Below, in pieces: positions 57,017-64,000 of a DNA stretch of 64,000 bases. Both the position numbers and the translations under genes were made by a program. Source of the stretch: an uncultured Solirubrobacteraceae bacterium. Lineage in GTDB: Bacteria; Actinomycetota; Thermoleophilia; Solirubrobacterales; Solirubrobacteraceae. The notes beneath the pieces were generated by a model, which saw nothing but the letters and a program-made list of their open reading frames with translations, searched no databases and was not told the DNA's origin. Each line of letters opens with the position of its first letter. Position 1 is the first letter of the stretch. The DNA is taken from contig CAZPQW010000003.1 of assembly GCA_964588985.1 (NCBI GenBank), positions 96,001 through 160,000 on the forward strand, written 5' to 3'.

Positions 57017-57244
57017 TTACGCGGCTACGGCCACGCCCGCGGGGACGTAGTGCTCGAAAGCCAGGTCGGAGGGCACAGGAACGCCTTGCTCCTCATCCGC
57101 ACAGGTCAGGGCAAACATCGCAGCCTCCTCCGCATAAGCGGGGTCGTAGATCTCTGAGCCGCCCACAAGGCCCGGGATATCTGGAGAGTCGAAGTTCCAG
57201 CCATAGCCTGGCTCGGTCTGGTGCAGGATGCGAATGGTGTCCAT
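57017..57244 (-). CDS. HicB-like small protein (orphan)
   Basis: GWNFDSPDIPG partial RNase H-fold motif. Confidence 0.6.
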   Translation of the reverse strand: MDTIRILHQTEPGYGWNFDSPDIPGLVGGSEIYDPAYAEEAAMFALTCADEEQGVPVPSDLAFEHYVPAGVAVAA

Positions 57245-57519
57245 GTCAGCTCAGACAGTAGTACTCAAGAGGGACGCGACCTCTGTACCCGCGCTACGCT
57301 TGCGCTATGGAGGAACGCCCAGGGTCGGCCTGGTTTGGCTTGCCCGTCATGATCGGCGTTCTGGCCCTTGTCGCAGTCTGGAGAGCGTTCCCCACCCTCA
57401 TCGGCTTTGTGGGAGCCCTACTCGCCGTCCTCGCCGTCTTCCTGATAATCGGCGCCGCGATGACGCTCGTGAAGAGGCGGTAAGGGCGCTCAAATCGCTA
57501 GCGCAGTCCCGAGACTCCT

Positions 57520-57550
57520 ATGCTGCTAGCATTGATAGCGTTGACAGCAA
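57520..57550. promoter_or_regulatory. FitA-type operator (TGCTAGCA / TGATAGCG / TGACAGCA)
   Basis: Three TG-N-(T/C)AGC half-sites upstream of the RHH antitoxin. Confidence 0.55.
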
Positions 57551-57564
57551 CCCAAGGAGTACCG

Positions 57565-57810
57565 GTGGCGACCCTGACCATTCGAGGACTCGATGATGAA
57601 ACCAAGGCCCGCCTGCGCGTGAGCGCCGCGCGTCACGGGCGCTCGATGGAGGCCGAGGTGCGAAGCATCCTCGAAGAGGCGCTGCCCTCCCGGCAGGCAT
57701 CGGGCGGTCTCGGCAGCCGCATCCACGCCCGCTTCGCGGACATCGGCGGCGTGGAACTCGATCTGCCCGGCCGGAGTGAGATGCCGCGCGCGGCGACCCT
57801 GCAGGCGTGA
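57565..57810 (+). CDS. FitA-like ribbon-helix-helix antitoxin
   Basis: ATLTIRGLDD...LRV.AA.HGRSMEAEVR; RBS AAGGAG. Confidence 0.92.
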   Translation: MATLTIRGLDDETKARLRVSAARHGRSMEAEVRSILEEALPSRQASGGLGSRIHARFADIGGVELDLPGRSEMPRAATLQA

Positions 57811-58226
57811 TCCTTCTCGACACGAACGTTCTCTCCGAGCTCATCCGTCCCGAGCCCGATGAAGGGGTGACGCGTTGGCTGGACTCGCAAGACGCCGCTG
57901 CAGTCGCGACGACTGCGATCACGGCCGCCGAGCTGCTCTATGGAGTCGCCCGTCTGCCCGCAGGGCGGCGCAAGGAGCGACTGGGCGAGGCGATCCGGGG
58001 GCTGATCGAGGAAGACCTCGACGGTCGCGTCGAGCCGTTCGACGCCACGGCCGCCGACCACTACGCGGCTCTTGTCAACGATCGAGAGACTGCCGGTCGT
58101 CCGATCAGCGTCGCCGACGCACAGATAGCCGCGATCTGCCGCAAGCTGGGGGCTACGCTCGCCACCCGCAACACCAGCGACTTCAAAGACACCGGGATCG
58201 AGCTTCTCGACCCTTGGCAGGACTAA
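57807..58226 (+). CDS. vapC: VapC/FitB PIN-domain toxin
   Basis: ILLDTNVLSE, ADAQIAAI, LATRNTSDF. Confidence 0.95.
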   Translation: MILLDTNVLSELIRPEPDEGVTRWLDSQDAAAVATTAITAAELLYGVARLPAGRRKERLGEAIRGLIEEDLDGRVEPFDATAADHYAALVNDRETAGRPISVADAQIAAICRKLGATLATRNTSDFKDTGIELLDPWQD

Positions 58227-58227
58227 C

Positions 58228-58258
58228 GAGGGGCGCCCGCGTAACGCGAGCGCCCCTC
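58228..58258. terminator. Hairpin between convergent vapC and recA
   Basis: GAGGGGCGC.CGCG / CGCG.GCGCCCCTC. Confidence 0.75.
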
Positions 58259-58266
58259 AGCTGCTC

Positions 58267-59361
<1,095 letters not shown>

Positions 59362-59421
59362 GGCGATATTCCTCCGGTTCGAAATGGAGAGAGGAAGTTA
59401 GACGGCGCTTCGGACGGAACG

Positions 59422-59435
59422 AGAACAGACGTTCG
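59422..59435. promoter_or_regulatory. LexA (SOS) box AGAAC-AGAC-GTTCG
   Basis: Consensus site 60 bp upstream of recA. Confidence 0.85.
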
Positions 59436-59501
59436 CATGCCGTTCGTCCACCACACCGCCCCTCCATTTGCATCAACCTGGCTCGGAGACGATGGAAGGA
59501 C

Positions 59502-59954
59502 ATGGCCTCCACTCCCCCCGCCCCCAGCCTCCGCCACCTCCTGCTGCTCGCCCTCACGGTCTCCGCGGTACTGCTGCTCGCGCTGCCCGCCGCCTCGGTC
59601 GCACGCGCACACAAGAGCAACTGCCATGCCGCCTCCACCACCCACTCCAAACACGCCGACCGCAAATGCTCGCGCCCCGCGCACAAGGCGAAGCCGACTC
59701 ACGCCAAACGACACCACCCGGCGCACGCCCGCCCCAAGCACAAGTCGCACACTCCGACGACTCCCGGAACAGAAGAATCCGAAGGAGCCGGCGAAGCGCT
59801 CTGCGCTGACGGCAGCGCCCCGTTCGCCAGCGAAGAAGGCACCTTCGCCTGCGAAGACGGCTCGGCGCCGGAATGCGCCGCGGGACTCGTCGAAGTGATC
59901 TCCAGCGACGGGTCCACGCTGCTCTGCGAAGCATCCGTCGGCGAAGAAAGCTGA
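59502..59954 (+). CDS. Secreted His/Lys-rich protein with C.DGSAP repeats
   Basis: RBS GAAGGA, signal peptide, basic then acidic Cys-rich halves. Confidence 0.7.
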   Translation: MASTPPAPSLRHLLLLALTVSAVLLLALPAASVARAHKSNCHAASTTHSKHADRKCSRPAHKAKPTHAKRHHPAHARPKHKSHTPTTPGTEESEGAGEALCADGSAPFASEEGTFACEDGSAPECAAGLVEVISSDGSTLLCEASVGEES

Positions 59955-59988
59955 AGCACAGCGCGCTTCGAAGCCCACGCTCGCTACC

Positions 59989-60579
59989 TCATTCGGGCCG
60001 CGCCAGCTCGCAGGTCTCAAGCGCCTCGTACGTAGCGCCGGCGGGCGACAGCCACGAGCGGTACAGCACGATCGACACCGGCTCGAAGCTCAACTGCGGC
60101 GTGGGCTCCAGCGGGCGCGCGTAGGAGGCCCCGAGAGCACCCTCGCGCATGCGCGCCACCGTCACGTGGGCCCTGAAACGCCGCCGCTGCGGCTCCCAGC
60201 CGCTGACCTCGCACAGCGCCTCGCTCACCCGCGCCTGGATCCCGGCGAGCTCGCCGTCCCGGTCATCGATCTCCACCGACAGCGCGCGCGGACGCCTCGG
60301 CGGCAGCCACAGCGGCGCTCCCACCGACAGCTCGCAGCTGGACTCGCGAGAGGATCGGAGCGCGTGCGCCAGCGCGTCGATCTCCCCCACCGGACGCTCG
60401 CCGAGGAAGCACAGCGTCAGGTGCAGATCGTCCGTATCCACGAGCCGCAGCGCCTCGCGCCCCCCGCCGCCCCTACCCGAGCCGAGGCTCGACCGCACTC
60501 CGCGCGCCCAAGCCGCCAGCTGCTCGCGCACGCTCGCCGGCGGGTCGGCCGCCACGAACAGTCGGGCAGCAGCGCTCAA
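59989..60579 (-). CDS. thpR: RNA 2',3'-cyclic phosphodiesterase
   Basis: RLFVA, HLTL and HVTV 2H motifs; TTG start overlapping cinA stop. Confidence 0.9.
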   Translation of the reverse strand: MSAAARLFVAADPPASVREQLAAWARGVRSSLGSGRGGGGREALRLVDTDDLHLTLCFLGERPVGEIDALAHALRSSRESSCELSVGAPLWLPPRRPRALSVEIDDRDGELAGIQARVSEALCEVSGWEPQRRRFRAHVTVARMREGALGASYARPLEPTPQLSFEPVSIVLYRSWLSPAGATYEALETCELARPE

Positions 60580-61874
60580 TGCTCGAGGAGCGCCCGTCGG
60601 ATCATGTGCAGCGCCACCGTCGTCGCCCGGTCGCGCACGTCCGCCCTGCCGCCCGGCAGGCTCACAGAGCGCGTCATCGGCTCGCCGCCGTCCACCGCCA
60701 CGCTCAGCCACACCAGGCCCACCGGCTTCTCCTCGCTGCCGCCTCCGGGCCCGGCCACGCCGGTGATTCCCACGCCCACGTCAGCTCCGAGACGCGCCGC
60801 CGCGCCCGCCGCGAGCGCCTCGGCCACCTCCGCGGAGACCGCCCCGTGCTCCTCGATCAGCTCCCCGGGAACGCCCGCCTGTGCGACCTTCACCGCGTTC
60901 GAATACGCCACGATCCCGCCCAGCACGTAGTCCGAGGAGCCCGCCAGCTCCGTCAGACGCCCCGCCAGCAGCCCGCCCGTACACGACTCCGCAGTAGCGA
61001 TCGTGCGGAGCGGGCGATCGTTGGGATCACCTCTCAGCAGAGCCGCCACCTGCTCGTCGACGGTGCTCCCGTCCTCGGAGAAAAGCGTGTCCGCGTGGCG
61101 CGCTCGTACAACAGCCACGAACTCCTCATAAATATCTTCGACGTCCGGCTCGTAGCGCGTCACGATCTCCACCTCGCCGCGTTTCAGGCACGTCGTCACC
61201 TCCAGCTCGTCGAGCGCCACGCCGTCGCGTTCGGCCACGCGCAGGGTCTCCGCGATCTCCGACTCGGGGATCCCGAACAGGCGCATCGTGTGCTGGCGGT
61301 AGACCGTCGCGTCCGCCAGCACCGCACGCAACGCCTCGGTCTCGAGCGCCTGCGACCACATCGGCTGCAGCTCGCGCGGTGGGCCCGGCAGCACCACCAC
61401 CGTCGGGCCGGGGGTCTGCGTCGGCGGGACCACCAGCCCGGGCGCCGTGCCGACGGGCGCGAGCACCGTCGCGCCGTCGGGGATCGTCGCCTGCTTGCGG
61501 TTGCCCGCACGAACCGCCTCCATGTCGATGTTCGGCCAGCGTTTGGCGAGCGGACGCAGGATCTCCGCGATCTGCGCTTCCACAGCCTCGTCCACCACCA
61601 TCTCACGGCCCTGGAACGCGCCCACGACCGCCGCCGTCATGTCGTCCGCGGTCGGCCCCAGGCCCCCGCTCGTGAGGATCACCCCCATCCCCTGCGCCGC
61701 CATGAACCGCAGCGCCCCGTCCATGTCCTCGGGCCGGTCCCCCACGATCGCCGTGTAGGCGAGGTCCACGCCGAGCTCGCGCAGCCGTTCTGCCAGCCAC
61801 GGCCCGTTGCGGTCGCTCACGCGCCCCGTCAGCACCTCGGTGCCGGTGACGACGATGCCCGCGCGAAGGCTCAT
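60576..61874 (-). CDS. cinA: Competence/damage-inducible protein CinA
   Basis: [31 protein letters not shown]. Confidence 0.95.
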   Translation of the reverse strand: MSLRAGIVVTGTEVLTGRVSDRNGPWLAERLRELGVDLAYTAIVGDRPEDMDGALRFMAAQGMGVILTSGGLGPTADDMTAAVVGAFQGREMVVDEAVEAQIAEILRPLAKRWPNIDMEAVRAGNRKQATIPDGATVLAPVGTAPGLVVPPTQTPGPTVVVLPGPPRELQPMWSQALETEALRAVLADATVYRQHTMRLFGIPESEIAETLRVAERDGVALDELEVTTCLKRGEVEIVTRYEPDVEDIYEEFVAVVRARHADTLFSEDGSTVDEQVAALLRGDPNDRPLRTIATAESCTGGLLAGRLTELAGSSDYVLGGIVAYSNAVKVAQAGVPGELIEEHGAVSAEVAEALAAGAAARLGADVGVGITGVAGPGGGSEEKPVGLVWLSVAVDGGEPMTRSVSLPGGRADVRDRATTVALHMIRRALLEH

Positions 61875-61881
61875 AGCCCGC

Positions 61882-62688
61882 TCATTTGCACGACGGCAGG
61901 TGCGCGGCGGAGAGCGTCTGGCGCCCGTGCGCCCTCGTGATCGAGTAGCCGATCGGTTCACTCGACGGCGGCACAGTCCGCGCGGTGCCGTCGAGATACA
62001 GCGTCACCGAGCTGTTGCCGAGGTTGAGATAGAAGTGCTTCGCGTGGTAGGTCCGCGTCGTTTCCCCGGCCGGCAGGACCAGCCCGGGGATCACCTTGCG
62101 CCCGCCTTCGCCGAGCAGGCACACGTAGACCGGTCCGGTCGTCTTCAACGACAGGCTCACCAGCGAGCTGCCGGTGCTCGTGCTCGTGGCGGTCCGTGTC
62201 GCGCCAGCTTGCCGCTTCACGCGATGGGTTTTCGTGCGGACCGCGCTCGTGGAGGTGCTGGTCGTGTGTTTCTTCGAGCCGCCCCCACCTCCGCCCGTGA
62301 TCAGCAGCACGATCAGCACCACGATCACCACGCCGATCGCGCCGACCGCAAACGTGTAGCCGCGCGACGGTCCGTTCGGGGCCTGCCGTCCACGGCCGCT
62401 GCCTGGATTGCGCTGCGGCTTGGAGACGATCGGCTCGAGCATCATGTCGCTCGAGCGCTCGTGTTCGAGGCGGTATTCCTCCACCAGCGCCTTGCCGTCG
62501 AGGTCCAGTGCCTGCGCGTAGGTGCGCAGGAAGCTCTTCACGAACGTAGGCCCGGGCAGCAGACCCCACTCTTCGTTCTCGAGCGCGCGCAGGTACTTGG
62601 CGCGGATCTTCGTCTGCGCCTCGATCTCCGACACGTCGATACGAGCGCGCATACGCGCCTCGCGTAGCGTTGCTCCGATCTCGGGCAT
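61882..62688 (-). CDS. RodZ-like HTH membrane protein
   Basis: [31 protein letters not shown], single TM, DUF4115-like end. Confidence 0.85.
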   Translation of the reverse strand: MPEIGATLREARMRARIDVSEIEAQTKIRAKYLRALENEEWGLLPGPTFVKSFLRTYAQALDLDGKALVEEYRLEHERSSDMMLEPIVSKPQRNPGSGRGRQAPNGPSRGYTFAVGAIGVVIVVLIVLLITGGGGGGSKKHTTSTSTSAVRTKTHRVKRQAGATRTATSTSTGSSLVSLSLKTTGPVYVCLLGEGGRKVIPGLVLPAGETTRTYHAKHFYLNLGNSSVTLYLDGTARTVPPSSEPIGYSITRAHGRQTLSAAHLPSCK

Positions 62689-62699
62689 CAGGCGAGAGG

Positions 62700-64000
62700 C
62701 TAGTCGCTGAGCGTCGGCGTGGCCGTCTGGGTGGGCGACTCGAGCGCCGCGAGCACCCGCGGAAGCTCCGCCTCGGTGATCAGCACCTGTCGCGGCTTGG
62801 AGCCCTCATAGCCCGAGATCACACCCCTGCGCTCGAGCATGTCGATCATCCGGCCCGCCCGCGTATAGCCGAGACGCAGGCGCCGCTGGAGCATCGAGGT
62901 GGAGGCCGTCTGCATCTCCGCCACCAGCGTGATCGCGTCCCTCAGCAGCGGATCCTCGTCCGGGTCGAACTCGTCCGGCCCGCTCTCCGGTGTGTCCGGC
63001 TCGACCTGCTCGAGCAGCTCCTCGCGCAGTTCCGGCTCGCCCTGACGGCGCCACAGGTCGGTCAGCTTCGCGATCTGCGCCTCGTCGATGTAGGCGCCCT
63101 GGATGCGCTGCAGGCGCGAGCTACCGACTGGGCTGAACAGCATGTCGCCCTGCCCCAGCAGCGACTCCGCGCCGTTCTGGTCGAGGATCACCCGCGAGTC
63201 CGTCTGCGAGGAGACCGCGAACGCGATCCGCGAGGGCACGTTCGCCTTGATCATGCCGGTGATCACGTCCACGCGCGGCGACTGCGTGGCCAGCACCAGA
63301 TGGATACCGACCGCGCGTGCCTTCTGCGCGAGGCGGATGATCGAGTCCTCCACGTCGGCGGGCGCGACCATCATCAGGTCCGCGAGCTCGTCGATCACGC
63401 AGAGGATGTAAGGGAGAGGGGCTTCACCCCTCTTGGCTCGGGCAGCGTTCAGCTCGACCAAGCCGCGCGTCCGCGCCAGGGACATAATCCCGTAGCGCTG
63501 CTCCATCTCCTTCACGAGGTTCTGCAGCGCGTTCGCCGCCATCCGCGGGCTCGTGATCACGGGCGTCAGCAGGTGCGGGATCGACTCGTAGTGGTTCAGC
63601 TCCACCTGCTTCGGGTCGACCAGCACGAGTCGCACCTCGTGCGGCGTCGCGCGCAGCAGGATGCTCGACAGCATCGCGTTGATCGCGCCGGACTTGCCCG
63701 CGCCGGTGGTGCCCGCGACGAGGATGTGGGGCATCTTCGCGAGATCCGCGCCGATCGCCTTGCCGGCCACGTCCTTGCCGAGCCACACCGTCAGCGGCGA
63801 CCAGTCCTTCGGCGGCTCCTGGAAGACGTCGCCGAGGCGCACCATCTTGCGGTGCACGTTCGGGACCTCCACGCCCACTGCCTGCTTGCCGGGGATCGGC
63901 GCGAGGATGCGGATGTCGGTCGCCGCGAGCGCGTACGCGAGGTCGTCCTTCAGCTGCGCCACCTTCCCCACCTTCGTGCCGGGCGCGAGACGCAGCTCGT
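62700..64000 (-). CDS. ftsK: DNA translocase FtsK (C-terminal part, truncated by window edge)
   Basis: AGTTGAGKS, IDELADLM, gamma domain LQRRLRLGYTRAGR. Confidence 0.97.
   Translation of the reverse strand, partial: ELRLAPGTKVGKVAQLKDDLAYALAATDIRILAPIPGKQAVGVEVPNVHRKMVRLGDVFQEPPKDWSPLTVWLGKDVAGKAIGADLAKMPHILVAGTTGAGKSGAINAMLSSILLRATPHEVRLVLVDPKQVELNHYESIPHLLTPVITSPRMAANALQNLVKEMEQRYGIMSLARTRGLVELNAARAKRGEAPLPYILCVIDELADLMMVAPADVEDSIIRLAQKARAVGIHLVLATQSPRVDVITGMIKANVPSRIAFAVSSQTDSRVILDQNGAESLLGQGDMLFSPVGSSRLQRIQGAYIDEAQIAKLTDLWRRQGEPELREELLEQVEPDTPESGPDEFDPDEDPLLRDAITLVAEMQTASTSMLQRRLRLGYTRAGRMIDMLERRGVISGYEGSKPRQVLITEAELPRVLAALESPTQTATPTLSD

Overview
High-GC (~70% by eye) actinobacterial chromosome segment. 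Gene content and the secreted-protein families point to Thermoleophilia/Solirubrobacterales (inference). The housekeeping backbone (zwf, DtxR/MntR regulator-NRAMP, murT/gatD, hflX-dapL-dapF-miaA, miaB, recA, thpR, cinA, ftsK) is interrupted by several accessory blocks. (1) 8.0-19.4 kb: an operon of secreted proteins, namely a 4-Cys beta-rich ~185-aa protein, a beta-propeller protein with a basic C-terminal motif, and a 1081-aa four-module protein. It is bracketed by two copies of an unexplained ~120-nt structured element and followed by a 3.1-kb cargo-carrying IS1-family element and a second 4-Cys paralog. (2) 30.8-32.4 kb: two more 4-Cys paralogs. (3) 39.8-48.3 kb: a lipoprotein operon, an EVE-wHTH-PD-(D/E)XK nuclease, and a small gene behind a candidate double-pseudoknot leader RNA that sequesters its RBS. 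(4) 50.8-58.2 kb: a defence/TA block with a type III-like Mod/Res pair that has a LexA box and non-canonical catalytic motifs. Best candidates for undescribed biology are the secreted 4-Cys family system with its repeated element, the structured leader at 45834-45969, and the IS1-like element with paired wHTH genes and a shared 18-bp start-site motif. No rRNA, tRNA or CRISPR array was seen. All calls are from visual motif recognition; no database search was run.
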